NCBI GenBank assembly: GCA_041677685.1
Contig: JBAYPN010000008.1
Span: 1 to 30,535 of the forward strand
Origin: an archaeon
GTDB lineage: Archaea > Iainarchaeota > Iainarchaeia > Iainarchaeales > CSSED10-239
Reading direction: 5' to 3'
Length of the DNA stretch: 30,535 nt
Below, piece by piece: positions 1 through 8,375 of the stretch (its first letter is position 1; each line of letters begins with the position of its first letter). Both the position numbers and the translations under genes were made by a program. A model generated the notes under the pieces. It worked only from the letters and a program-made list of their open reading frames with translations, was not told the DNA's origin and did no database searches.

Positions 1-205
1 CTAATTTGAAGTTTAAAATATTAATATTTGTTTTAATAATATATAGTGAGAATATATTAATTGAAAAATAGGTTATTAACGAGAAGAATAAAGCCCAGAT
101 TGTTTTTTCAAAAGAAGCATTATCTTTAAAATATACAAGTTCCTTAATTATTTGAAAAATAATAAAACCGGGTAAAATATATATTAAAAATAATATTTCT
201 TGCAT
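1..205 (-). CDS. hypothetical small hydrophobic protein, truncated by window edge
   Basis: Own minus-strand translation from ATG (complement of 203-205): MQEILFLIYILPGFIIFQIIKELVYFKDNASFEKTIWALFFSLITYF... It stays open to position 1. It is absent from the supplied track because it runs off the edge. Confidence 0.3.
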   Translation of the reverse strand, partial: MQEILFLIYILPGFIIFQIIKELVYFKDNASFEKTIWALFFSLITYFSINIFSLYIIKTNINILNFKL

Positions 206-210
206 TTAAT

Positions 211-339
211 TCATTTTTTATTATTTTTAGAATCAGATAATTTAGCACCTAAAGGTTTTACGACTTTTTTAGGGTCTGGAAATTTATAACTTTCTTTTCT
301 TTCCCATTTTGATTTTAAATTTGGTTTTTCATTTGTCAT
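211..339 (-). CDS. hypothetical 42-aa Lys-rich protein
   Basis: Own translation: MTNEKPNLKSKWERKESYKFPDPKKVVKPLGAKLSDSKNNKK, TGA stop. It ends 5 nt before the ATG of the next minus-strand ORF, which suggests a small two-gene unit. It is below the length cutoff of the track. Confidence 0.25.
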   Translation of the reverse strand: MTNEKPNLKSKWERKESYKFPDPKKVVKPLGAKLSDSKNNKK

Positions 340-438
340 AATATATCACATTTAAATATAATATTTAACAATAGAAAAAATTAAAAACTGATCTAAAGCG
401 TACAAATTTTATTAGATATATATAACCCAATAAAAAAG

Positions 439-510
439 AGCCTCTAGAGGGACTTGAACCCCCGACATTCAGTTTACAAGACTGACGCTCTACCACTGAG
501 CTATAGAGGC
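439..510 (-). tRNA. tRNA-Thr (anticodon UGU)
   Basis: Reverse complement folds by hand as a cloverleaf: GCCTCTA TA GCTC AGTGGTA GAGC G TCAGT CTTGTAA ACTGA ATGTC GGGGG TTCAAGT CCCTC TAGAGGC T. All stems pair and the TTCAAGT T-loop is present. There is no encoded CCA, and an oligo-T tract follows. It is a G+C island in AT-rich DNA. Confidence 0.9.
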
Positions 511-536
511 AGAAGAAAAAAGATAATTTTTCTTGA

Positions 537-550
537 CTATAAATAAATAT
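537..550 (-). promoter_or_regulatory. candidate archaeal TATA box for tRNA-Thr
   Basis: The minus strand reads ATATTTATTTATAG, ending about 27 nt upstream of tRNA position 1. That spacing is typical of archaeal TATA-to-TSS distance. Confidence 0.35.
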
Positions 551-591
551 TAACACAAGAAAACTTTATAAACAAATCACTTTCCCTCTCC

Positions 592-1854
592 TTAACTTAT
601 GTTTTTTAAAGCATTAACGGTGTTCATCTTTGCTGCCCTTTTTGCAGGCAATATCCCAGCCAAAAAACCAATCACTAAAGCTAAAACCATAGCAAGAACA
701 ACAATTCCAAAAGTAATCTCAATACTTAATATCCCAAAGCCTTTAGTTATAGCATACCATTCAACTGCCTTAGAGATACCAATACCAATTCCTAAACCAA
801 CTAAACCCCCAAAGGCAGAGAGAATCAAAGATTCACTTACAAATATAAAATAAATATCTTCCTTTCTTGCACCAATTGATTTCAAAATTCCAATCTCTTT
901 TGTTCTTTCAAGAACAGAAGTATAAATTGAATTCATAATTCCTATACTTCCAACAATTACAGAGATGGTTGCAATTGAAATTAAAATAACTTTAATTGAA
1001 TTTAATACATTTTTAATAATCTCAAGAATCTGTACAGTTGCAATAACAATAAAAGTATCCTTATCATGAGTTTTTTCTAATCTTTTAATAATCTTATCTT
1101 TTACTTGTATAACATCTGCATCTGATTTAGTTTTAACTAAAATCTGATCAACTACTTTATTACTAGAATTAAATATTTCTGAAGAATAAGTATTAGTAAT
1201 ATAAACTTGAGAATCCTTTTGAAGGTTTCCAGTGGAATCTAATATTCCAACAACTTTAAATTCTGTGTCCTCAATTAAGATTTTATTTCCTATCTTTACT
1301 GGAGAGTCATATAACTTCTCTGCAAAATAAGAACCGACAACTGCAAAATGCCCTCTTCTATCTTGGAGACTAGTTCCTTCTTTAAGTTTAATATTTAAAT
1401 TTTCAAAAAGATCATCTGCTTGTTTTTCATCAATTGCAAGAATGAAAACAAAATTTACTTGATTTTTATATTCTATCTTTAATACCTTGTAAGCCCAAGA
1501 GTAAACATCTTCAACTTCTGGAATCTTTTCAACAATTTTTACATCATTTGTTGTTAAAGTTGCATCAGAGCCTAATCTACTTGACCCCCCAAAGTCCCCA
1601 CCACTTGGCGGTCCTTCAAACTCTCCATTTGTTGCTGTTCCAAAGCTACTTGGGATTATAAAAATAGAATTAGCCCCCATTGATTCAAATTGCTTTTCAA
1701 CAGTATTAAATAATCCATTACTGATCAAGACTAGAGAGATGATTGCAGCAATTCCAATTGTAATTGAAAGTATAGTTAGAATTGAACGTAATCTTCTTCT
1801 AAATATATTTTTTATAGTTAGGTTTAATAGTTCTTTAAATTTTGCAGAATTCAT
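592..1854 (-). CDS. ABC transporter permease, MacB/FtsX family (permease 2 of operon)
   Basis: 420 aa. N-terminal TM (RSILTILSITIGIAAIISLVL), a large extracytoplasmic domain, then a C-terminal FtsX-type 3-TM block with SVLERTKEIGILKSIGARKEDI. Paralogous to ORF 4180-5373. Confidence 0.8.
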   Translation of the reverse strand: MNSAKFKELLNLTIKNIFRRRLRSILTILSITIGIAAIISLVLISNGLFNTVEKQFESMGANSIFIIPSSFGTATNGEFEGPPSGGDFGGSSRLGSDATLTTNDVKIVEKIPEVEDVYSWAYKVLKIEYKNQVNFVFILAIDEKQADDLFENLNIKLKEGTSLQDRRGHFAVVGSYFAEKLYDSPVKIGNKILIEDTEFKVVGILDSTGNLQKDSQVYITNTYSSEIFNSSNKVVDQILVKTKSDADVIQVKDKIIKRLEKTHDKDTFIVIATVQILEIIKNVLNSIKVILISIATISVIVGSIGIMNSIYTSVLERTKEIGILKSIGARKEDIYFIFVSESLILSAFGGLVGLGIGIGISKAVEWYAITKGFGILSIEITFGIVVLAMVLALVIGFLAGILPAKRAAKMNTVNALKNIS

Positions 1855-1935
1855 TTTTCGTGTCTCGTTTATCTTGTTTTATATTTTTATATTTCCTTTT
1901 TTTAAAAAATAAATTAAATTTAAAAAAAAGAAATT

Positions 1936-3210
1936 TTATTTTTTCTTTTTCTTAAACAATTCTGAAATTATGTTAATTGCTGGCTTTATTAATATCTGAG
2001 TTAACCATCTAAGAATAACAATTAGTAAAGCTAAACCAACAACAATTCCAAGAATACTTATAATACTTAATATTATTGTTTTTCCTGAATTATTATCAGT
2101 TCCTTGCACAACATTAACTTCAATTGTCTTTGATATTTTTTGTTCTTTTAAATTTCTATCTTTATAATGTACATTGATTGTTAGAGGGTATGAGCCTGTT
2201 TCAAGTTTATTTGTAGTAAATTTAAAATCTACATTGTCATAGTTGTCTTTCTCAATAGAGCCTACAAAATACTTAGAAAAATTATTTGAAATTCCATTAT
2301 CTTCAATTTCAACATAAACAGATTCTGCATCTATATTACCTATGTTGTAAATTTCTAAAGAAAGACTTTCTTCAGTAAGGGTCTTGATTGTGCTATTGTC
2401 TCCGATTGATAAAACATTAATTACAATTTCTGGATTGTCTATAATCTCTATACCTAAGTTTTTAGTTGTGGTATAGGTACCATCATCATCAGCATATGTA
2501 ATTGTTATTGGAAGAGTGTAGCTTTTGTTGTTTGCAGTTTTTGAAATTGTTATTGTGAAATTGACTTGCTGTTCATTTCCAATATCTATCTTAGGTATAT
2601 ATTGTGTTTTTAAATTTAAAATTTGTACAGTTTCATCTTGTGAATCAGATAAGGTAACAAAGATGTCTTTTGCATTTTTTCCACCTAGATTTTTTAAAGT
2701 AAATTTAACATTTGAGTTTGCTCCAATACTTGCTTTATCAATATTTGAGTTGATAACATCAATTAAGGCAGGATCTCCTTTAACATCTATGTTGTATGTT
2801 TGAACTGAGTAGGTGTTTATTTCTTTTCTTTTAAATTTAAAGTCAAGTTTATAAGTTCCATCTAATGTTTCTTTTTCAGATTTTAAAGTATATTTTATAA
2901 TTCTTGATTGGTAGGGTGCAAGGGTTGCTATTATTCCTGTGTTGTTATTACTAACAATACTGAAAGGATATTTTGTATCTAAAAAATATTCAACATCATT
3001 TGCAACTTTGTTACTGTTGTTTGTTATTTGGATCCAGATATCAAAATCTTTGCCTGCAACTGTTGGGGTTGGTTGATAGTTGAATGTTTCTGCAGAAATA
3101 TTAATTATATCATAATCTGTTATTGCAGCATTGACTTGTATTGGGACAATTAACATTAACAAAAATATAATTAAGACTCCTATTTTTTTAATATGATTCA
3201 TTATTTTCAC
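1936..3210 (-). CDS. membrane-anchored cell-surface protein with CARDB/COG1361-like beta-sandwich repeats
   Basis: 424 aa. Sec-type signal peptide (IVPIQVNA/AITDYD). Repeated motifs of the type VKFTLKNLGGKNAKDIFVTLSD and LSLEIYNIGNIDAESVYVEIED. C-terminal TM (IILSIISILGIVVGLALLIVIL) and a KKKKK tail. Confidence 0.6.
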   Translation of the reverse strand: MKIMNHIKKIGVLIIFLLMLIVPIQVNAAITDYDIINISAETFNYQPTPTVAGKDFDIWIQITNNSNKVANDVEYFLDTKYPFSIVSNNNTGIIATLAPYQSRIIKYTLKSEKETLDGTYKLDFKFKRKEINTYSVQTYNIDVKGDPALIDVINSNIDKASIGANSNVKFTLKNLGGKNAKDIFVTLSDSQDETVQILNLKTQYIPKIDIGNEQQVNFTITISKTANNKSYTLPITITYADDDGTYTTTKNLGIEIIDNPEIVINVLSIGDNSTIKTLTEESLSLEIYNIGNIDAESVYVEIEDNGISNNFSKYFVGSIEKDNYDNVDFKFTTNKLETGSYPLTINVHYKDRNLKEQKISKTIEVNVVQGTDNNSGKTIILSIISILGIVVGLALLIVILRWLTQILIKPAINIISELFKKKKK

Positions 3211-3231
3211 CTTTTTTAAATTTTAATTATT

Positions 3232-3501
3232 TTATTTTTTTAAAAGTTTTTCTAATTGCTTATTTAATTTTTCTATTGTTTCTGCATTTTTTAATTTTTT
3301 TGCTTGAGCAATTGTTTGAGCAATATTTGCTGAAATCTCTTTTATTTTTTTATTTTCTGAAGCTAGAAGAGTCTTTAGTAATACTTCACTTCTTGCAAGT
3401 TCTGTTTTTAGTTTTGGTAAGGGCTTTGCTAATTCCTTCATACTTGCTCTACGTTTTTTTGTTGCTATTTCTTTTAAAATTTTTCCTTTTGGTCTTGGCA
3501 T
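3232..3501 (-). CDS. hypothetical small basic coiled-coil protein (89 aa)
   Basis: Intact ORF packed tightly between operon genes (15- and 21-nt gaps). Lys-rich with heptad-like helical sequence. No recognisable family. Confidence 0.5.
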   Translation of the reverse strand: MPRPKGKILKEIATKKRRASMKELAKPLPKLKTELARSEVLLKTLLASENKKIKEISANIAQTIAQAKKLKNAETIEKLNKQLEKLLKK

Positions 3502-3516
3502 TTTAAACCATCTCCT

Positions 3517-4176
3517 TTATTTTTTTCTTGTTATTTCAAAATAGAAATATTTTTCATTTTCATTAATTTGGTTAATATTAAATTCTGCAGTTTCTTTAAA
3601 TTGTTTGTTAAATAACTCATTAAATCTATTAAACTTCTCAATTAATTTTTTATCTTTTAAAACCTCAACATATGCTTTTCCATTTTTGTTTAATAACTTT
3701 GAGGTTATAAACAAATTATAAGCAACATGATCAGTGTACACCCCAACACTTAATGGAGCAACAACCAAGTCATACTTCTCCTTTATAATATTTATTAATT
3801 TACTATGTTCTTTAAAATTAATTGTTTCTAAAGCTTTATTAATTGAATAATCTTTTTTAATTTCTTTCTTTGCAGTTTTACTTATTGATTTTGTTAAAGA
3901 AAAAACATCTACACTTGGGTTAACATTGTTCTTTTGAAGTTCTGCTTTTAGTAACTTTATATCCTCCCCAAGTCCTGCCCCTAAGATCATAACTTTTGGT
4001 TTTTTGTTTTTACTTTTCTTTAAAAATTCTATTGGTAATTTTTTAAACTTCTTATAATATACAATTTCAAATCTATGTTCTTTTCCAAAAGCAGGCCAAT
4101 TTTCTTTTTTATTTTTTATAAAAAGACTAAGTCCTCTTTTTTCAACTCTCTTCTTAATAGATCTAATAACACTCAT
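3517..4176 (-). CDS. hypothetical protein, possible class I SAM-dependent methyltransferase fold
   Basis: 219 aa. Motif I-like VMILGAGLGEDI, followed by DVFSL, YDLVVAPLS and LLNKNGKAYVEV in the order expected for a Rossmann-fold MTase. The function call is weak. Confidence 0.35.
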   Translation of the reverse strand: MSVIRSIKKRVEKRGLSLFIKNKKENWPAFGKEHRFEIVYYKKFKKLPIEFLKKSKNKKPKVMILGAGLGEDIKLLKAELQKNNVNPSVDVFSLTKSISKTAKKEIKKDYSINKALETINFKEHSKLINIIKEKYDLVVAPLSVGVYTDHVAYNLFITSKLLNKNGKAYVEVLKDKKLIEKFNRFNELFNKQFKETAEFNINQINENEKYFYFEITRKK

Positions 4177-4179
4177 ATC

Positions 4180-5373
4180 TTATTCTTCCTTTAATGCATC
4201 TATTGCTTCTTCATTTGAGGCTTGGTAAGCTGGTAAAAAACCAGCAACTATCCCTAAGACAAAAGAAACACCTAAAGCTAAGGCAATAATACTAAAGCTA
4301 AAATCAATTGCAAAAGTTGCACCAATTGGTGTTCCTATAATTGTGACAGAGTAGGCTAACAAAAACCCTCCAATAGTTCCAATAATTCCACCTAATAAAC
4401 CAATCATTCCTGCCTCTAAAACAAAGATAAGTAAAATATCTTTCTTCTTAGCACCAATTGCTTTCATCACTCCAATCTCTTTTCTTCTCTCAAGAACAGA
4501 AGTGTACATTGAGTTTACAATTCCAATTCCTCCAACAAGTAAGGAAATTGATGCAATTCCAATTACCACAATTGAAATTATATTTAAAATATCTTGTTGG
4601 TCTTCTGCAGCTTGTTTAGGAGTAGTTACTACAAAATCACTTTCTCCTTTCGCTCTTTCTAATTTTTCTTCAATCTTTTGACCAACAACCTCTACATCTT
4701 TTCCTGTTTTTATAACAGCATAAATAACATCAACTATTTTTTCATCTGTGTCTGTTAGGTCTCTTAACACATCTATTGATATATAATTATTTTGATTTAA
4801 GGAAGGGTTGCCAGTATCTTTTAAAACCCCAACAACTTTATAGTAACTATTATCAATTTTAACTTTGTCTCCAACATCTAATCTTTTATTAAATAATTTT
4901 TCATAATCATTATAATAATCATAACCAATAATAATTTCATTAGACTTTTTAGAAGTAATCAATTTTCCTTTTAGTAAAGATATGTTTTCTTGAAAGAACA
5001 TTTTGTCTAAGTATTCTATATCATAACCAATAAATGACATAAATTTTTTATTATTATTATATTCTGCAAATACAGTTCCTGAGATACTTCCTGCAACATA
5101 ATCGATGTCTGCTATTTTTTCAATAGTCTTTACATCATCTGTACTTAATCCAATATTTGTTTCTGAAATAAATTGTGAGTATTTAGAAGTAATTGTTATC
5201 TTTTGAGCTCCAAGTTTATCAAATTCAGAAGAAACACTTGCTTTTAGACCATTAGATAAAGACATAAGCGCAACAATTGACAACACTCCTACAATTACAC
5301 CAATAATTGTTAACCAACTTCTTAATTTTCTTCTTTTAATATTTTTTATAATAAAAGGGAATACTTCATTCAT
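4180..5373 (-). CDS. ABC transporter permease, MacB/FtsX family (permease 1 of operon)
   Basis: 397 aa. Same TM1, large loop and FtsX 3-TM architecture, with SVLERRKEIGVMKAIGAKKKDI. Separated by 3 nt from the upstream ATPase gene. Confidence 0.8.
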   Translation of the reverse strand: MNEVFPFIIKNIKRRKLRSWLTIIGVIVGVLSIVALMSLSNGLKASVSSEFDKLGAQKITITSKYSQFISETNIGLSTDDVKTIEKIADIDYVAGSISGTVFAEYNNNKKFMSFIGYDIEYLDKMFFQENISLLKGKLITSKKSNEIIIGYDYYNDYEKLFNKRLDVGDKVKIDNSYYKVVGVLKDTGNPSLNQNNYISIDVLRDLTDTDEKIVDVIYAVIKTGKDVEVVGQKIEEKLERAKGESDFVVTTPKQAAEDQQDILNIISIVVIGIASISLLVGGIGIVNSMYTSVLERRKEIGVMKAIGAKKKDILLIFVLEAGMIGLLGGIIGTIGGFLLAYSVTIIGTPIGATFAIDFSFSIIALALGVSFVLGIVAGFLPAYQASNEEAIDALKEE

Positions 5374-5376
5374 AGT

Positions 5377-6072
5377 TTATTTCTTCTTAGTTTTATCTTC
5401 AACAATTTTTCCATCTTTTAAAGATATTTTTCTATTTGTGTAGTCAGAGACATTATCATCATGTGTAATTATAATTACTGTTTTTCCTTCTTTATTTAAT
5501 TTTTTTAAAAGTTGCATAATTTCTTTAGAAGATTTAGAGTCAAGAGCACCTGTTGGTTCGTCAGCAAGAATCATTGCAGGATTGTTTGCAAGAGAACGAG
5601 CAATTGCTACTCTTTGTTGTTGACCACCTGAAAGTTCAGTTGGTTTGTGGTCCATTCTATCCCCTAAGCCTACTAAGGTTAATAGATCTTTACAATATTG
5701 TTCTTTTTTAGAAGTAACTCTTTCATCTTGGAAAAGAGTAGGAAGTTTAACATTCTCAAAAGCAGTTAATGTTGGAATTAAATTAAATTCTTGAAAAACA
5801 AAACCAATTGTCTTTCCTCTAATCTTTGCAAGTTGATCTTCTGTTAATTTTGATAATTTATTATTGTCTATATATATTTCTCCTGAAGTAGGTAGGTCTA
5901 AGGCTCCAATAATATGCATCATTGTTGATTTTCCTGAACCTGAAGGTCCCATGATAGACACAAGTTCTCCTTCCATTATCTTTAGAGACACTCCATCTAA
6001 AGCTTTTACTTTAATTTCACCCATCTCATAAATTTTAGAAACATTTTTTAATTCAACAACTGTTCTTTTCAT
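5377..6072 (-). CDS. ABC transporter ATP-binding protein (MacB/LolD-like)
   Basis: 231 aa. Walker A GPSGSGKST, Q-loop FQEF, signature LSGGQQQRVAIARSL, Walker B ILADEPTGALD, H-loop ITHD. Confidence 0.9.
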   Translation of the reverse strand: MKRTVVELKNVSKIYEMGEIKVKALDGVSLKIMEGELVSIMGPSGSGKSTMMHIIGALDLPTSGEIYIDNNKLSKLTEDQLAKIRGKTIGFVFQEFNLIPTLTAFENVKLPTLFQDERVTSKKEQYCKDLLTLVGLGDRMDHKPTELSGGQQQRVAIARSLANNPAMILADEPTGALDSKSSKEIMQLLKKLNKEGKTVIIITHDDNVSDYTNRKISLKDGKIVEDKTKKK

Positions 6073-6170
6073 ATTTTCTCAAATTTTAATATTTATAAAA
6101 GTAGTAATATATATTTATGTTAGTTTTATTTTATAAACATATTGTTATATAATATATTAATAATATAAAG

Positions 6171-6334
6171 AAAAAAACTTAAAAATTAAAAAACTTAAAA
6201 TTAAAAAACTTAAAATTAAATAAAATTAAAATTAAATAAAATTAAAAAACTTAAAATTAAAAAACTTAAAATTAAATAAAATTAAAATTAAATAACTTAA
6301 AATTAAATAACTTAAAATTAAAAAACTTAAAATT
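6171..6334. repeat. A/T-only tandem repeat array, about 11 copies of a 15-16 bp unit
   Basis: Parsed by hand into units AAAAAACTTAAAATT, AAATAAAATTAAAATT and AAATAACTTAAAATT. It lies in the divergent intergenic region and ends 15 bp before the mscS ATG. Confidence 0.85.
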
Positions 6335-6349
6335 GAAATGTGATTATGT

Positions 6350-7411
6350 ATGGCTTTTTTAGATATAACTTTTTTAGGAAATAGTTTAAAACAAATTTTA
6401 TGGTTTATAATATTTATATTTATTGGAATGGTTGTTAGTTGGACAGTAATCTATTTTAGTAAAAATGTATTTATAAAATTAGCAAGAAGATCAAAAAATA
6501 AAATAGATGATATTTTAGCAGACATCCTTTCTAGACCTTTACCTTTAAGGATTGTAATTATAACAATCTTTTTTAATATTGGTTTTAAGATATTAAATGC
6601 AAGTGATTGGTGGATAAAGGCTGTAAAGCAAGTTTCTTTTTTAGTTTATGTTTTTGCAATTAGTTTATTTATAATTAAATTTTTATTAGGGTTAATAAAA
6701 GAATATTTACAAGTTTATGCAGCTAAAACTGAATCAAAATATGATGATCAATTAATTCCTTTATTAAGATCTTTAATTAAAGTTGTTGTTTGGATTGTAG
6801 CAGTTTTAGTTGTTCTATCAAACTTAGGTTATAATATTAGTGCTTTATTAGCAGGACTTGGAATTGGTGGTCTTGCTGTGGCTATGGCTTCAAAAGATAT
6901 TGTTGAGAATTTTTTAAGTGGAATTGTTATTTTTGTAGAAAAACCATTTAAGTTAGGAGATGTTATAAAGACTTCTGATGGTTTAGGTTCAATTGAAGAA
7001 ATTGGAATTAGGTCTACAAGAGTTAGAACTTTTGATGGAACTGTAGTAGTTGTTCCTAATAGAATACTTTCAAGTAATGCTTTAGAAAATATTTCAAAGA
7101 GACAAATGAGAAAAGAAACCATGAAATTAGGATTGGTATATAACACTTCAGTAGCTAAATTAGAAAAAGCAAAAGCAATTGTTAAAAAGATAATATTAGA
7201 TAATAAGTCAACAGATGATATTGTTTATGTGTCTTTTGATTCTTTTGGAGATTATTCATTAAATATAAGTATTATTTATTGGGTAAAAGAACTTGCTTAT
7301 GATAAATATTTAGTTGTTAAAGATAATATAAATATAGAAATTAAAAAACAATTTGAGAAAGCAGGAATTGAATTTGCTTATCCAACACAAACAATTGAAT
7401 TGAAGAAATAA
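6350..7411 (+). CDS. mscS: small-conductance mechanosensitive channel (MscS family)
   Basis: 353 aa. N-terminal TMs, then the MscS beta-domain signature GDVIKTSDGLGSIEEIGIRSTRVRTFDGTVVVVPNRILSSNALEN. Confidence 0.85.
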   Translation: MAFLDITFLGNSLKQILWFIIFIFIGMVVSWTVIYFSKNVFIKLARRSKNKIDDILADILSRPLPLRIVIITIFFNIGFKILNASDWWIKAVKQVSFLVYVFAISLFIIKFLLGLIKEYLQVYAAKTESKYDDQLIPLLRSLIKVVVWIVAVLVVLSNLGYNISALLAGLGIGGLAVAMASKDIVENFLSGIVIFVEKPFKLGDVIKTSDGLGSIEEIGIRSTRVRTFDGTVVVVPNRILSSNALENISKRQMRKETMKLGLVYNTSVAKLEKAKAIVKKIILDNKSTDDIVYVSFDSFGDYSLNISIIYWVKELAYDKYLVVKDNINIEIKKQFEKAGIEFAYPTQTIELKK

Positions 7412-7450
7412 TTTATTTTCTTTTAACTTATAAAAAATGGAAAAGTTAAT

Positions 7451-8311
7451 ATGTTTTTTTTAGCAATTGAGATTTTAGTTGTTCTTTTTTTCATTTTCTT
7501 TTTAATAATTTTCAAGGAAAGAGAAAAAAGAAGACTCCTTTTTTATTCAGTTGTCTTTGCTTTTCTTTTTGAGTTGTTTGGTGTTGTTTTTGGAGGGTAT
7601 ATTTATAATTCTAATTTTTTATTTTCAATTTTAAAAGTTCCACTCTTTATTGCTCTTTCTTGGGGGTTGATAATTACATCTTCTTATTTTTTAATTAAAA
7701 AGATTACATCTGATAGCTTAGCAATTGCAATATTAACTTCAATTTATGTTCTTTCTTTAGATCTATTTTTTGAAATGGTTTCTGTTTATTTTAATTTTTG
7801 GAATTGGGGTTTTGTTACAAATATTAATTATTTAAATATTGATCCTTCTAACTTTATTGGTTGGATATTAGTTACTTTTTGTTTTGTATATTTCTATGAA
7901 AGGAAACAAAATTGGTCTGTTCCTTTAGGATTTATTTCTTATCTTGCTATTGGATATGTATTAAAATTAATTTCAGATTTTTTTAAATTGTCATTAATTA
8001 ATATTTATTTGCCTGTAATTATTATTTTTATATTTTTTGTGGTTCTTGGAATTGTTTTATATAGGAAAAACGTTACTAAAGTTAAAAGAAATCTTAGTAA
8101 AGAAAATAAAGATTTAAAATTAAATTCTAATTTGAATTTGAAACAAAAATATGAAAAATATTTTTTATATCTTTTTAGGTTGCCTTACATCTTAGTTGGG
8201 GTCTTTGGTTTTTATATTTATAAATTATATAATTATAATTTAGCAATAATTCTTTTAAGTTTAGCAATAGTAATTGAAATTATTTTTTATTTTCTTTTAA
8301 AAAAGAGATAG
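7451..8311 (+). CDS. polytopic membrane protein, possibly DUF422 / carotenoid-biosynthesis-protein family (COG2324-like)
   Basis: 286 aa, about 8 TM. Motifs FGGYIYNS, KVPLFIALSWG, LDLFFEMVSVYFNFWNWG and IDPSNFIGWIL resemble my recollection of that family. Not verified. Confidence 0.4.
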   Translation: MFFLAIEILVVLFFIFFLIIFKEREKRRLLFYSVVFAFLFELFGVVFGGYIYNSNFLFSILKVPLFIALSWGLIITSSYFLIKKITSDSLAIAILTSIYVLSLDLFFEMVSVYFNFWNWGFVTNINYLNIDPSNFIGWILVTFCFVYFYERKQNWSVPLGFISYLAIGYVLKLISDFFKLSLINIYLPVIIIFIFFVVLGIVLYRKNVTKVKRNLSKENKDLKLNSNLNLKQKYEKYFLYLFRLPYILVGVFGFYIYKLYNYNLAIILLSLAIVIEIIFYFLLKKR

Positions 8312-8375
8312 AATATTATATAAGTCTTTTCTATCTTAATTTTATAAAAAATATATTTTTAGGAGAATTGATATT

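Noticed and set aside
365-556. 63-aa minus-strand ORF in the supplied track
   Set aside because: It runs through the tRNA-Thr gene (439-510) on the same strand, and its sequence is dictated by the tRNA. It is not a credible CDS.
599-853. 84-aa plus-strand ORF and the other antisense ORFs in the track (2525-2803, 3276-3506, 6829-7146, 8331-8543, 9180-9446, 10381-10578, 11390-11689, 12788-13120, 13742-14062, 15023-15205, 18132-18476, 18758-18955, 21420-21740, 22486-22692, 25111-25329, 25236-25454, 26149-26391, 27005-27463, 27776-27979)
   Set aside because: Each lies fully inside a longer opposite-strand gene with clear family motifs. Their Phe/Leu/Ser/Ile-rich low-complexity products are what antisense translation of Lys/Glu/Asn-rich AT-rich genes gives. 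They are shadow ORFs.
6171-6334. Possible CRISPR array
   Set aside because: The units are contiguous 15-16 bp A/T repeats with no unique spacers and no repeat of CRISPR length (about 24-40 bp). No cas genes are in the window.
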